Source of the DNA: a virus
Length of the DNA stretch: 64,000 nt
Virus record (IMG/VR): IMGVR_UViG_3300044449_000227
Strand: one strand, 5' to 3'
The notes under the pieces: model-generated
The model's input: the letters and a program-made list of their open reading frames with translations, nothing else
The model's database searches: none
What the model was told of the DNA's origin: nothing
Shown here: positions 8,340-18,340 of the stretch, piece after piece
Numbering within the stretch: position 1 is the first letter of the stretch
How the letters are laid out: each line of letters begins with the position of its first letter
Translations under genes and position numbers: made by a program

Positions 8340-8864
8340 ATGGGCAAGATAAACAAGCGCGTAGGGCTCGGTCCTACGAAGGAACGTGCAGCGAAGGGCA
8401 CCTTCGTCGATACCGGCCGGACGGCGGACGGGCGGATCGTGGCGATGAAGGCTACGGACAGCCTGACCGATCTTCGTCGCCGCGGGACCATCACCGAGGT
8501 GCAGCTTCGCGCGGGCCTCGAGTTCCGCGAGGACTTCGAGCGTCTGGAGGCGGCCTTGGCCGTGCCGGCCGCCGACTGGACGCGGCTTCGCGTCGACGGA
8601 GGGTCCGGTGCGCACGCGCACCTGCCGCGCAGCGCGGGCCAGGGCGCGTGGGACGTGCTGAGCGGGATCGGCGGCCTCCACTCCCTCGGCGGCGCGTGCC
8701 TGGTGAGGATTGCCGCCGAGGGCATGAGCCTGTCGGAGTTCGCGCGGACGGGAGGCGCCGGCGGGTCGCCCCTCAGCGTGCACGCGGTGAAGGGCGCGTT
8801 GCTGGTCGCGCTCGACGTGGCGACGGTGGTGTACGGCGTCAGGGTGGACCGGACCGGCACTTGA
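8340..8864 (+). CDS. DUF6456-like protein (putative late-gene regulator)
   Basis: DSLTDLRRRGTITEVQLRAGLEFREDF pattern and position between replication genes and terminase. Confidence 0.7.
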   Translation: MGKINKRVGLGPTKERAAKGTFVDTGRTADGRIVAMKATDSLTDLRRRGTITEVQLRAGLEFREDFERLEAALAVPAADWTRLRVDGGSGAHAHLPRSAGQGAWDVLSGIGGLHSLGGACLVRIAAEGMSLSEFARTGGAGGSPLSVHAVKGALLVALDVATVVYGVRVDRTGT

Positions 8865-8890
8865 CGGCGCGTGTCACGTAGGAGTAGCTT
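8861..8890 (+). promoter_or_regulatory. Putative late promoter
   Basis: TTGACG at 8861-8866, then GTAGCT/TAGCTT at 17-18 bp spacing. Confidence 0.45.
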
Positions 8891-8916
8891 CCCGTTCAAG
8901 GTCGCTAGCTGCGGCC

Positions 8917-8952
8917 AAAGCCCGCCCGGCGCCGCCGCGGCGGGCTTTTCGT
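8917..8952 (+). terminator. Intrinsic terminator upstream of the packaging genes
   Basis: AAAGCCCGCC/GGCGGGCTTT stem followed by a short T-rich tail. Confidence 0.7.
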
Positions 8953-9019
8953 TGGTCGGTTGCGCCGAGCGCCCCTTCCAGGCGTCGGCAACCCAAGCCG
9001 AGACGGCGCGGCCTCCCGC

Positions 9020-9143
9020 GGGTCCTTCTCCGGCCCCTCGCCGCGCGCGGGCAAAAGCGCGCGGAAAACGGCCAGTTTGTCTGGGTTTCAAAGCACCTGA
9101 CACGCCTGACATTTTCGGGCGCTCGCCTGACACTTCGCCTGAC
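9020..9143 (+). other. Putative cos site (cosQ-like, cosN-like dyad, cosB-like repeats)
   Basis: GGGTCCT at 9020-9026; dyad CCGCGCGC-N8-GCGCGCGG at 9041-9064; CCTGAC(A) at 9096, 9105, 9126 and 9138, just before the small terminase. Confidence 0.6.
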
Positions 9144-9153
9144 GGACACGGAC

Positions 9154-9831
9154 ATGAGCACGCTTTTCGACACGGCTACGGCCGCGCCGAGCGCCGGCGC
9201 GCGTCCGGTCCAGCGCGAGATCATCTCGCAGGCGGAGTTCGCCCGACGGGTCGAGCGGTCGCGCCAGGCGGTCAACGAAGCCATCGCCAAGGATCGGCTG
9301 CCCGCGACCGTGCGGCAGGGCAAGAAGCTGGTCTGGCCGGACGCCTGGCACGCCTGGCAGGACCTGCGCGACCCGCAGCAGGACCACGCCGTGACGACCG
9401 AGGCGCGGTCGGCGCCGGCCCCCTCGCCGGCGAGTTCCGATGGGAAGCGGACCGCGGGCGAGGAACTCGACGCGGTCGTGCAGTCCCGCGCGAAGGACGG
9501 CGAAGAGCCCGACAGTCTGCGCGTGGCGCGAACCGAGCAGGCCAAGATCGACGCCGAGATCGCCCGCCTGAAGCTGATGCGGGAGCAGGATCGGCTGCGG
9601 GACCGCGGCGAGGTCGAGCGCGAGATGGCGGCTGCGGGCGTCGCCGTCGTGCAGGAGATCCGCGGCCTGGAGGCGCACGCCGAGGAGCTGGCGCGCATCG
9701 GCGACCCGCAGGAGATGCGCCGCCGCCTCAAGGCGCTCGGCGTCGAGCTGCGAACCGGGATCGCGGAGGCGCTGGGGCGCCTGGCGCGCGAGGGGGAAGG
9801 CGAGGAGAACGGCCATGCGCTCGACTCGTAG
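9154..9831 (+). CDS. Terminase small subunit (Nu1-like)
   Basis: N-terminal HTH (ISQAEFARRVERSRQAV), coiled coil, directly upstream of GpA. Confidence 0.8.
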   Translation: MSTLFDTATAAPSAGARPVQREIISQAEFARRVERSRQAVNEAIAKDRLPATVRQGKKLVWPDAWHAWQDLRDPQQDHAVTTEARSAPAPSPASSDGKRTAGEELDAVVQSRAKDGEEPDSLRVARTEQAKIDAEIARLKLMREQDRLRDRGEVEREMAAAGVAVVQEIRGLEAHAEELARIGDPQEMRRRLKALGVELRTGIAEALGRLAREGEGEENGHALDS

Positions 9832-11770
9832 CATCGTCTTCCTGGCGCTGGCGGCCGCCGTCGCGGCGCCTCCGGCGGTCGCCCCGTCGGCCTGGTCCGC
9901 AGAGCACATCGTCCAGCCGGACGGCGACCGCGCGGGCCAGACCTGGTCGGCCGAGCTGACCCCCTACCTGGTCGAGATCCTCGACCGCCAGGGCCCGGAC
10001 GATCCCGGCTCCATGACCGCGGTGCGGAAGTCGTCGCAGGTCGGCTTCACGGCGGTCGGGCAGAACTGGATTCTCTCGATCCCGGAACTCGACCCGGGCA
10101 ACGCCATGGTCCTGATGCCGACCTTCAAGGCGGTGCAGGACTTCGAGCGCGACAAGCTCGGCGCCACCATCGCCGCCTCGCCCAAGCTCAAGGGGCTGAT
10201 CGCCGGGCAGCGCTCCCGCTCGGAGCGGGGCAGCACCTCGCTGCGCAAGGTCTTCCCCGGCGGCTCCATCGTCCTGACCGGCGCCAACTCCGCCGCCGAC
10301 CTGCGCTCGCGCACCGTGCGGCATCTTCTCGCCGACGAGGTCGACGAGTACGACGCGGACCTGGAGGGACAGGGCGATCCGCTCCTGCTGGCCTTCAAGC
10401 GGCAGTCCGGCTACGAGGCGTCCGGCAACTTCAAGCGGCTGGTCGGGTCGACGCCGACCATCCAGGGCGAATCCCGGATCGACCGCTTCTTCGAGAACGG
10501 CGACCGGCGCCTCTGGCACGTGCCCTGCCCGCACTGCGGCCACGAGCAGCCGCTGGTCTGGGAGAACCTGCGCTACAGCGAGACCTGGCCGCACAACGCC
10601 GCCTACGAGTGCGCCGACTGCCATGCGCTGATCGAGCACGCCGACAAGCGGGCGATGGTGGCACAGGGACGCTGGGTCGCGACCAACCCGGAGGGGCGCT
10701 ACTACTCCTACCACCTCGACTGCCTCATCAGTCCCTTCACGACGTGGGACATCCTGGTCGAGGAGTTCGTGGCGGCGGGCAACGACGAGGCCGCGCTCAA
10801 GGTCTTCGAGAACACGCGGCTCGGACGCTCCTATCAGGTCAAGGGCGAAGCGCCGAAGACCGACGCTCTGCGTGTGCGCGCCCTCAGCCTCGAAAGCCAC
10901 GGCCCGGCTCTGACCTCGGCGGTGCCGGCGGCGGCGCTCTTCCTCACGGCCGGCTGCGACGTGCAGGCGGACCGCCTGGAGATCTCGCTGTGGGGCTTCG
11001 GCGTCGGCAAGACGCGGTGGCAGCTCGACCACATCGTGCTCGACGGGGACACCAACGACCTGCCGGTCTGGGCGAAGCTCGCCGAGCTGCTGGCGCGCGA
11101 CTTCCCGACCGACGTCGAGGGGCAGGTGCGCCGGATCGAACTGACGGCCATCGACTCCGGTTATCGGGCCGAGCGGGTCTACGACTTCGCGCGCGGCCGG
11201 CACAACGTCGTGGTCGTCAAGGGCAGCTCGACGCGCATGGGGTTCCCGATCGGCCGGCCGAAGCGTATCGGCTACACGCCGAAGGGAACCCAGGACAAGC
11301 GCACGGTCCAGGTCTGGCAGGTCGACACGCACATGCTGAAGAGCGAGATCTTCGGCGCGCTGCAGCTCGACTGGACACCGTCCGCCGAGACGCCGAGCGC
11401 GCCGACCGGCTTCGTGCACCTGCCGACCGCCACGAGCGGACACGACCTCTCGGAGGCGCTCGACCAGCTCACCGCCGAGGTGCTGGTGCAGATCCCGCAG
11501 CGCAACGGTCTCGTGAAGCACGAGTTCCGCAAGGTCCGGCAGCGCAACGAGGCGCTGGACTGCGCGGTATACGCGCTCTCGGCGGCCTATCACCCGACGA
11601 TCAACATGGCGTCCCTCACGCCCGACCGCTGGGCGGCGCTGGCGGCCGAGCGCGGGGCGCCGGTGGAGGCCGACCAGCTCGACCTTCTGCGCAGCGTGAC
11701 CGGTGGCGCGCCCCGCGCCGCCAAGAGCGCGCGCCGGTCCGGCGCGAAGCTGGCCAAGTTGAACCGCTAG
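9815..11770 (+). CDS. terL: Terminase large subunit, GpA family
   Basis: RKSSQVGFT, LLADEVDEY, VGSTPT, CPHCG, TAGCDVQ, TAIDSG and NEALDCAVYA. Confidence 0.95.
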   Translation: MRSTRSIVFLALAAAVAAPPAVAPSAWSAEHIVQPDGDRAGQTWSAELTPYLVEILDRQGPDDPGSMTAVRKSSQVGFTAVGQNWILSIPELDPGNAMVLMPTFKAVQDFERDKLGATIAASPKLKGLIAGQRSRSERGSTSLRKVFPGGSIVLTGANSAADLRSRTVRHLLADEVDEYDADLEGQGDPLLLAFKRQSGYEASGNFKRLVGSTPTIQGESRIDRFFENGDRRLWHVPCPHCGHEQPLVWENLRYSETWPHNAAYECADCHALIEHADKRAMVAQGRWVATNPEGRYYSYHLDCLISPFTTWDILVEEFVAAGNDEAALKVFENTRLGRSYQVKGEAPKTDALRVRALSLESHGPALTSAVPAAALFLTAGCDVQADRLEISLWGFGVGKTRWQLDHIVLDGDTNDLPVWAKLAELLARDFPTDVEGQVRRIELTAIDSGYRAERVYDFARGRHNVVVVKGSSTRMGFPIGRPKRIGYTPKGTQDKRTVQVWQVDTHMLKSEIFGALQLDWTPSAETPSAPTGFVHLPTATSGHDLSEALDQLTAEVLVQIPQRNGLVKHEFRKVRQRNEALDCAVYALSAAYHPTINMASLTPDRWAALAAERGAPVEADQLDLLRSVTGGAPRAAKSARRSGAKLAKLNR

Positions 11771-11779
11771 GAGGCCACG

Positions 11780-11998
11780 ATGGCGACCGCAGCAGAGATG
11801 CAGGCCGAGCTGACGGCGCTGCAGGCGGCCTACGACAAGATCCTGCGCGGGGAGTCCGTGAGCAGCGTGCGCCTGCCGGACGGCCGGGAGGTCCGCTACG
11901 CGAACTTCGAGGGCGACCGGCAGCGCCTGCAGGCGCGCATCGCCGAGCTGAAGATGGCCCTCAAGAGCGGCCGCCGGCCGATCTACTTCTCGGCGTGA
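11780..11998 (+). CDS. Head-tail joining protein (gpW-like)
   Basis: 72 aa between terminase and portal; GESVSSV...DGREVRY. Confidence 0.75.
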   Translation: MATAAEMQAELTALQAAYDKILRGESVSSVRLPDGREVRYANFEGDRQRLQARIAELKMALKSGRRPIYFSA

Positions 11999-12011
11999 GC
12001 GGGGGCGCGGC

Positions 12012-13598
12012 ATGGCGGGCGAGGTGACGATCTACGGGCCGGACGGCCGGGCGCTGCCGGGGCCGCAGGAGCGGCAGAAGCTGGCGGCCTATCAGGCGGC
12101 CGAGCGGCGCGGCATGGAACTGGCCGACTGGATGGCGTCGCGCGGCTCGGCCGACGCCGACCTGCTGCCGGAGCGCGAGGAGCTGGCGGCCAAGGCGCGC
12201 GACATGGCGCGCAACGAGGGCTGGGTCTCGGGCGGCCTGCAGAAGCTGCTCGACACCGCCGTCGGCGCCGGCTGGACGCTGTCGGCCCTGCCGGACTGGC
12301 GGGCGCTCGGCCTCGACCGCGAGTGGGCGAGCGAGGCGGCGCGCACCATCGAGGCGCTGTGGCGCGACTATGCCGAGGACCCGGGCTTCTACTGCGACGC
12401 CGAGCGCCAGGGCGGCGCCGGCTCGCTGATCGGACGCGCCTTCCGCCAGGTGCTGGAAATGGGGGAGGCGATCGCGACCCTGGTATGGGAGCCCGATCGC
12501 GGCGGCACCTTCGCGACGACCCTGCAGCTCATCGATCCGGATCGCCTGTCCAACCCCTACGGCCGGCTGGACAGCGACATGCTGCGCGCCGGCGTCGAGC
12601 GCGACGTGTACGGCGCAGCCGAGGCCTACTGGTTTCAGACGCGGCATCCCTACGAGTACGTCAGTTGGCAGTCGGAGCCGATCCGCTGGACCCGCGTGCC
12701 GCGCGAGCTGGAGTGGGGCCGGCCGCAGGTCATCCACTACTTCGATCCGTCCCGAGCGCGGCCGGGCCAGACCCGAGGCGCGTCGCACCTGGCGCCGGCG
12801 CTCAAGCGCATGCGCATGCTCATGCGCTACGACGAGGCGGAGCTGCAGGCGGCCCTGATCAACGCCATCTACGTCGCCGCCGTCGAGAGCCCCTACGACC
12901 CGGAGATGGTGCAGCAAGGCCTGGGCGGGAACGAGATGTCCGCCTATCAGCAGATGCGCGGCGAGTTCCACGAGGAGTCCCGCCTGAAGCTCGCCAACGG
13001 GGCCCGCTTCGCGCACCTGTTTCCGGGCGAGAAGATGAACTTCCTGACGGCGTCCCGGCCGGTCTCGGCCTTCGCCGACTTCGAGCGGGCGGTGCTGCGC
13101 AACCTCGCGACGGGCCTTGGGCTGTCCTACGAGCAGCTCACCATGGACTGGTCGGGGACGAACTACAGCTCGGGCCGTATGGCGTTGCTGGAGGTTTGGC
13201 GCTTCATCGCCGCACGCGCCAAGCTCTTCGGCTCCGGGTTCGTCGGCCCGTGGTACGCCGCGTGGCTGGAGGAAGTCTTCGACCGCGGGCTGATCGATCT
13301 GCCGCCGGGCGCGCCGGACTTCTACGAGGCCCGCACTGCCTATTGCCGCGCCAAGTGGCGCCTGCCGCCCCGCGGCTGGGTCGATCCGGTCAAGGAAGCG
13401 CAGGCCGCCGGCGAGCGCATCAAGAACCGCCTTTCGACCCTCGAGGACGAGGCCGCCGAGCAGGGCAAGGACTGGGAGGACGTGGCCGACCAGCTCGCGC
13501 GCGAAGACGCCCGGCTCAAGGAACTCGGCCTCGGCGGCCTGCCGACCGCGCCCGACGGCGTGGTCGCGCGCACCGACATGGAACCGGAGGGCGCCTAG
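12012..13598 (+). CDS. Portal protein, lambda family
   Basis: ARDMARNEGW, QTRGASHL, DWSGTNYSSGRMAL and GWVDPVKE. Confidence 0.95.
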   Translation: MAGEVTIYGPDGRALPGPQERQKLAAYQAAERRGMELADWMASRGSADADLLPEREELAAKARDMARNEGWVSGGLQKLLDTAVGAGWTLSALPDWRALGLDREWASEAARTIEALWRDYAEDPGFYCDAERQGGAGSLIGRAFRQVLEMGEAIATLVWEPDRGGTFATTLQLIDPDRLSNPYGRLDSDMLRAGVERDVYGAAEAYWFQTRHPYEYVSWQSEPIRWTRVPRELEWGRPQVIHYFDPSRARPGQTRGASHLAPALKRMRMLMRYDEAELQAALINAIYVAAVESPYDPEMVQQGLGGNEMSAYQQMRGEFHEESRLKLANGARFAHLFPGEKMNFLTASRPVSAFADFERAVLRNLATGLGLSYEQLTMDWSGTNYSSGRMALLEVWRFIAARAKLFGSGFVGPWYAAWLEEVFDRGLIDLPPGAPDFYEARTAYCRAKWRLPPRGWVDPVKEAQAAGERIKNRLSTLEDEAAEQGKDWEDVADQLAREDARLKELGLGGLPTAPDGVVARTDMEPEGA

Positions 13599-14500
13599 TG
13601 CCGCAGATCCTACTCGTCGACCTGGCGCGCCGCGCCTTCAACCAGCCGCTCGCCATCGCCCAGGGCGTCGCCGAGCAGGCCGTCGTGATCGAGGCGGCAC
13701 TCGCCGGCCTCCCGAGCGTCTCGTTCGACGGGCGCGAAGCCATGCCCCTGCGCACGGCGGCGAGCGACGAGGCGAGCCTGCGCACGCAGCTCGCCGCCGG
13801 CTCGCAAGGGTCCGGGCCGCTCTACCTGCTGCCCGACCGGGACAGCGGCATCGCCGTCATCCCCGTCATGGGCAGCCTCTGGCACCGCTGGGGATACGGC
13901 TACGCCGCGATGCGCTCGGCCCTGCGCCAGGCGCTGGCGGCGCCGGAGGTCAAGGGCGTCCTCTTCGAGATCGACTCGCCGGGCGGCGAGGCGCACGGGT
14001 GCTTCGACCTGGTCGACGAGATCTACGCGGCCCGCGCCGTGAAGCCGGTCTGGGCGATCGCGAACGAGGCGGCGATGTCGGCGGCCTATGCGATCGGCAG
14101 CGCGGCGGAGGTCTTCGTGGCACCGCGCACCGCCAGCGTGGGGTCGATCGGCGTGATCACGATGCTGATGGACTGCAGCGGCTTCCTGGCGGAAATGGGC
14201 CTGCAGATCCGCATCGTGAAGGGCGGCGCCCTGAAGGACCAGGGCCACCCCTTCGGCCCGCCGGAAGACGCGGCGCTCGCCGCCATTCAGCGCCGGGTCG
14301 ACGCCGACTATCGCCTCTTCGCCGAGCTGGTCGCCCGCAACCGTGGCCTGGCGGCGGACGCGGTGATGGCGACCGAGGCCGACGTCTTCACCGGGGTCGA
14401 GGCGCGCGAGCGCGGCCTGGTCACGGCGACCGCCTCGCACGCCGAGACGGTCGAAACCTTCGCCGAGATCCTGCGCGAGCGGGCGGCGCTTCCGGCCTGA
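13598..14500 (+). CDS. S49 family head maturation protease (gpC-like)
   Basis: IDSPGGE, AMSAAYAIGSAA and VGSIGV. Confidence 0.92.
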   Translation: MPQILLVDLARRAFNQPLAIAQGVAEQAVVIEAALAGLPSVSFDGREAMPLRTAASDEASLRTQLAAGSQGSGPLYLLPDRDSGIAVIPVMGSLWHRWGYGYAAMRSALRQALAAPEVKGVLFEIDSPGGEAHGCFDLVDEIYAARAVKPVWAIANEAAMSAAYAIGSAAEVFVAPRTASVGSIGVITMLMDCSGFLAEMGLQIRIVKGGALKDQGHPFGPPEDAALAAIQRRVDADYRLFAELVARNRGLAADAVMATEADVFTGVEARERGLVTATASHAETVETFAEILRERAALPA

Positions 14501-14531
14501 CGGCCACCCTTCAGCACGAAAGGCAGCACTC

Positions 14532-15209
14532 ATGTCCCTCAAGCAGACGCTTGCGGGCGGCACCGCCGTGCCCGCACCCCCGACCAACGCCGCCACCGGG
14601 ACCTCGCCTGCGCCGGCGACCCAGGCCTCCGCCGCAGGGGCGCCGCGCAAGCCCGCCGGCAAGACGAAGACCAAGGCGCCGGCCGGCCGGCAGGCCGCCG
14701 CTGCCGAGACCGAAGAGGAGACCGCCGAGGGCGAGGAGCCCGAGGAGGAGGCCGAGGCCGGGGAAGACGAGAGCGCGGCCGAGAGCGAGACGCCCGAGGA
14801 GGAGACCGAGGGCGAGGGCGAGGACGACGAGGAGGAGACGCCGATGGCCGAGGAGGACGCGCAGGCGCGCGCCGCCCGCGGCCGGGAGCGCAAGCGCATC
14901 GCCGCCATCCTCGGCTCGCCGGAGGCCAAGGGCCGTGCCGGGCTGGCGCAGCACCTGGCGTTCGATACCGACCTGCCGTCCTCGGCGGCGGTGGCCACGC
15001 TGAAGGTCTCGCCCAAGCAGTCGGCCGGCAGCGGGCAACTCGCCGCCCGCATGTCGGGCGAGCGCAACCCGGCAGTCGGGCCGGGCGGCTCGCTGTCGCC
15101 GGACGCGGGCGCCGGCGAGGCGGGTGGCGCCCCGGACGGCGTGAGCGCCGACGCGGCCTTCATCCTCGCCGCCGGCGCGAAGCTCGGCCTGCAGTCCCGC
15201 AAGGGCTGA
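14532..15209 (+). CDS. Capsid scaffolding protein (Nu3-like)
   Basis: Acidic low-complexity tract, then ERKRIAAILGSPEAKGR; position after the protease. Confidence 0.7.
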   Translation: MSLKQTLAGGTAVPAPPTNAATGTSPAPATQASAAGAPRKPAGKTKTKAPAGRQAAAAETEEETAEGEEPEEEAEAGEDESAAESETPEEETEGEGEDDEEETPMAEEDAQARAARGRERKRIAAILGSPEAKGRAGLAQHLAFDTDLPSSAAVATLKVSPKQSAGSGQLAARMSGERNPAVGPGGSLSPDAGAGEAGGAPDGVSADAAFILAAGAKLGLQSRKG

Positions 15210-15321
15210 CCGCGGCCGCCCGTTCCTTCCATCGCGGCTGACGCGCGGGCCGGCCGCTCCCCAACGGTCCGCACCCTGGCGCCTCGCATCGGCGACGCGC
15301 GAACCCCGAGAGGAGAGGGCC

Positions 15322-15702
15322 ATGCCCGACTTCACCCCCAGCTACAGCACCGAGGCTTACACCCCGGACCGGCTGATCGCCGGCCACGCGGACCTGATCA
15401 CCCGCGAGATCGTCGTCGTTTCCGGCGAGGGCGTCCTGGCGCGCGGCGCCGTGCTCGGCAAGGTCACCGCGAGCGGCAAGTACGCCCTGTCGGACGACGG
15501 TGCCAGCGACGGCTCCCAGACGCCGGCGGTGATCCTCGGCATCGACGTCGACGCCACCTCCGGCGACGTCACGGCCTTCGGCTACGAGGCCGGGGAGTTC
15601 AACGAGGACGCCCTGACCTTCGGCGGCTCTCACACGGCGGACACCACCCGCGACGCCCTGGGCGCCCGGGGCATCTACCTCAAGAAGCCGCTTTCGGCCT
15701 GA
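15322..15702 (+). CDS. Head decoration protein (gpD-like)
   Basis: GEGVLARGAVLGKVTASGKY...GEFNEDAL...LGARGIYL. Confidence 0.9.
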   Translation: MPDFTPSYSTEAYTPDRLIAGHADLITREIVVVSGEGVLARGAVLGKVTASGKYALSDDGASDGSQTPAVILGIDVDATSGDVTAFGYEAGEFNEDALTFGGSHTADTTRDALGARGIYLKKPLSA

Positions 15703-15778
15703 CGCCGGCTCCGCCGGCGCTCGCCGCTTCCCTTCCCGAGACCCGCCGGCGGCGCCGGCAAACAAGGAGTCCATCCCC

Positions 15779-16804
15779 ATGCCCCGTGATCTCTATTCGA
15801 CCGCGACGCTGGTGCAGGTCGTCGAGAGCCTGTTCCGCCCGCAGTCCTTCCTGCTCGACACCTTCTTCACCGAGGAGGTGCGCTCCGACGACGAAGAGGT
15901 CGCCGTCGACATCGAGGTCGGCAACCGCCGCCTCTCCCCGCTGGTGCATCCGATGATGCAGGGACAGGTGGTCGAGGGGCTCGCCTACCGCACCGCCACC
16001 ATCAAGCCCGGCTACGTCAAGGACAAGCGCCCCATCGACCCGACGAAGCCGGTGCGGCGCGCCATCGGCGAGCGCATCGGCGGCGGACAGATGACCGGCG
16101 AGGAGCGCGAGGCGGCCGTCATCAATCGCGAGCTGCAGGACCAGCTCGACATGCTGCAGCGGCGCATGGAGTTCATGGCCGTGGACGGCCTGCTCGACGG
16201 TGCGCTCACCATGGACATCAAGGGCCGCGGTTCGGTGAGCGTGGACTTCGGGCGCGCGGCCAGCCTGACGAAGGCGCTGCTGACGACGGCCCGTTGGGGC
16301 GAGGACGGCGTCTCGCCGAAGGCCGACGTGGAGGCCTGGGCGATGGAGGTGCTGAAGGAGTCCGGCGCGCAGGTGACCGACGTGGTCTTCAGCCCGGAGG
16401 CCTGGGATCTCTATACCGCCGACCCGAAGGTGCAGCGGATGCTGGACCTGATGCGCGCCACGGGCGGGCAGATGGACCTGGGTAGCTCGGCGAAGACCGG
16501 CGCGGTCTTCAAGGGCGACGACGGCCAGTTCCGCCTCTGGGTCTACAACGAGTGGTACGAGGACGAGGACGGCAACACGCAGCGGATGATGCCGGCGCAC
16601 AGCGTGATCCTCGGCTCCCGCCAGATGCGCGGCACGCGGGCCTTCGGGATGATCATGGACCCGAAGGCCGGCTACATGCCCATGCAGTACTTCCCGAAGT
16701 CCTGGGTCGAGGACGATCCGCCCGTGCGCTTCCTGATGCTGCAGGCGGCGCCGATCGTCTATCCGGCGCGCCCGAACGCCTGCCTCGCGGCGACCGTCCG
16801 CTAG
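15779..16804 (+). CDS. Major capsid protein E family
   Basis: FLLDTFF, PGYVKDK, PKSWVEDDP and MLQAAP. Confidence 0.93.
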   Translation: MPRDLYSTATLVQVVESLFRPQSFLLDTFFTEEVRSDDEEVAVDIEVGNRRLSPLVHPMMQGQVVEGLAYRTATIKPGYVKDKRPIDPTKPVRRAIGERIGGGQMTGEEREAAVINRELQDQLDMLQRRMEFMAVDGLLDGALTMDIKGRGSVSVDFGRAASLTKALLTTARWGEDGVSPKADVEAWAMEVLKESGAQVTDVVFSPEAWDLYTADPKVQRMLDLMRATGGQMDLGSSAKTGAVFKGDDGQFRLWVYNEWYEDEDGNTQRMMPAHSVILGSRQMRGTRAFGMIMDPKAGYMPMQYFPKSWVEDDPPVRFLMLQAAPIVYPARPNACLAATVR

Positions 16805-16891
16805 CCGCCGGCTCGATCCCAGCCCACGACGGCGGCCGGCGCGCGCCGGCCGCTGCGCCCTCCCACGGGAGGTCAGTCAGGAGACACGCTC

Positions 16892-17284
16892 ATGTCCAAG
16901 TCGCAGACCAAGACCGGCTATGCGCTGGTCACCCTCATGCCGGCCAAGGGCGCCGAGCCGGTTGCGCCCGGCGGCAAGATCGAGGTGCTGTCCGGCGAGT
17001 TCGACGACCTCGTCGCCCGGGGCTTCGTCTCGCCGCGGCCGCCGACCTCGGCCGAGCCGCTCGCCGAAGAGCCCAAGGCGGCGCCCAAGCCGAGCGGCAA
17101 GCAGCTCGACCAGGCCATCGCCGAGGCCATCGCCCAGCTCGACCCCAAGGTCGAGGAGGCCTGGACGGGCTCGGGCAAGCCGAACGTGCACGCCTTGGAG
17201 AAGCTGCTCGGCTTCGACATCGACGGCGCCGACCGCGACCGCGTGTGGGCCGAGGTTCAGAAGGGCGGCGGGCTGCTGAAGTAG
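16892..17284 (+). CDS. Virion accessory/head-tail protein
   Basis: RBS present; C-terminal GKPNVHALEKLLGFDIDGADRDRVW domain typical of post-capsid genes. Confidence 0.7.
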   Translation: MSKSQTKTGYALVTLMPAKGAEPVAPGGKIEVLSGEFDDLVARGFVSPRPPTSAEPLAEEPKAAPKPSGKQLDQAIAEAIAQLDPKVEEAWTGSGKPNVHALEKLLGFDIDGADRDRVWAEVQKGGGLLK

Positions 17285-17312
17285 CCCATCGGGTCGACGG
17301 AGCGGCGCGGGC

Positions 17313-17966
17313 ATGGCGACCTTCACCAAGTACCGCGACCCGCGGGGCGGGCGCAGCGACGTCGTCTTCGGGACGGCGGAGCTGGCCCGCACCCTGACCG
17401 CCCTGGAGCGCGAGGTTCTGCCCCAGGCGACGGCGCGGGCGATGAACCGGACCGTGGTCACGGTGCGCAAGGTCGCGACCAAGCGCGTGCGCCAGCGTCT
17501 CGGCGTGAAGGCCAAGGTGGTGCGGTCGCGCATCGCCATCTTCCGCGCCTCCAAGGACAACCTGCGGGTCATCCTGCGGGGCCGGGGGCGGGGGCTCTCC
17601 TACATGGCGTTCCGGCCGCGCCAGACGAAGCGCGGCGTCTCGGTGCGGCTGCCGGGCGAACCGGGCGGATCGCCGCGCCGCCACGTCGAGCGCGGCGCCT
17701 TCATCGCGCGCATGCCCAACGGAGCGCTCGGGGTCTTCGAGCGCATCCCGGGCAAGTACATGGCCTCCCGGAAGGGACAGACGAAACACAGCCAGGCTAT
17801 CCGCAAGCTCTACGGTCCCGGCGTGGCGCCGGTGCTCGCCGACGCGGACATCCAGGCGGACATGCAGGAGGTCTGGGTCCGGGAGCTGCCGCCGCGCGTG
17901 GCGCGGGAGCTGGACTACTACGTCGGCCGCCTCGCCGCGCGCAGCGGCCGCCGGCGGGCGGCGTGA
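17313..17966 (+). CDS. Minor tail protein (gpZ-like)
   Basis: ARAMNRT, basic composition, IRKLYGPGV. Confidence 0.8.
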   Translation: MATFTKYRDPRGGRSDVVFGTAELARTLTALEREVLPQATARAMNRTVVTVRKVATKRVRQRLGVKAKVVRSRIAIFRASKDNLRVILRGRGRGLSYMAFRPRQTKRGVSVRLPGEPGGSPRRHVERGAFIARMPNGALGVFERIPGKYMASRKGQTKHSQAIRKLYGPGVAPVLADADIQADMQEVWVRELPPRVARELDYYVGRLAARSGRRRAA

Positions 17967-17979
17967 GGGACGCCGGGGC

Positions 17980-18330
17980 ATGAGCATCTTCGACGCGGCC
18001 AACGCCGCCATTCTGTCGCACCCGGCATTCGCGGAGACGGTGACCTACCGGGCCGGCGCCGGGGGTAACCCGGCCGCCGGGACGCCGCACGAGATCTCGG
18101 GCGTGCCGCAGCGCGACGCCGGGCTCGAGCCGGGGGCGCTGATGCCGCTGCAGCACGGCGGCGTCGCGCTCACGCTGCACGTTCTGGTCTCGACCCTGAC
18201 GGCGGCCGGCATCGCGGCGCCCCTCCGGGGCGATGTTGTCGTCACCGACGGCGGCACCTACGCGGTCGCCTACGTGCCCGAGGCGCCGGAACACGGCGCC
18301 TGGACCCTGCCGCTGCAGCGGCTCGACTGA
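17980..18330 (+). CDS. Head-tail joining protein (gpFII-like)
   Basis: FAETVTYR...PLRGDVVVTDGGTYAV; synteny. Confidence 0.7.
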   Translation: MSIFDAANAAILSHPAFAETVTYRAGAGGNPAAGTPHEISGVPQRDAGLEPGALMPLQHGGVALTLHVLVSTLTAAGIAAPLRGDVVVTDGGTYAVAYVPEAPEHGAWTLPLQRLD

Positions 18331-18340
18331 GGACGGCCCT

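Noticed and set aside
9815-9900. Signal-peptide-like N-terminus of the large terminase
   Set aside because: An Ala/Pro-rich start is typical of GpA proteins; terminase is cytoplasmic
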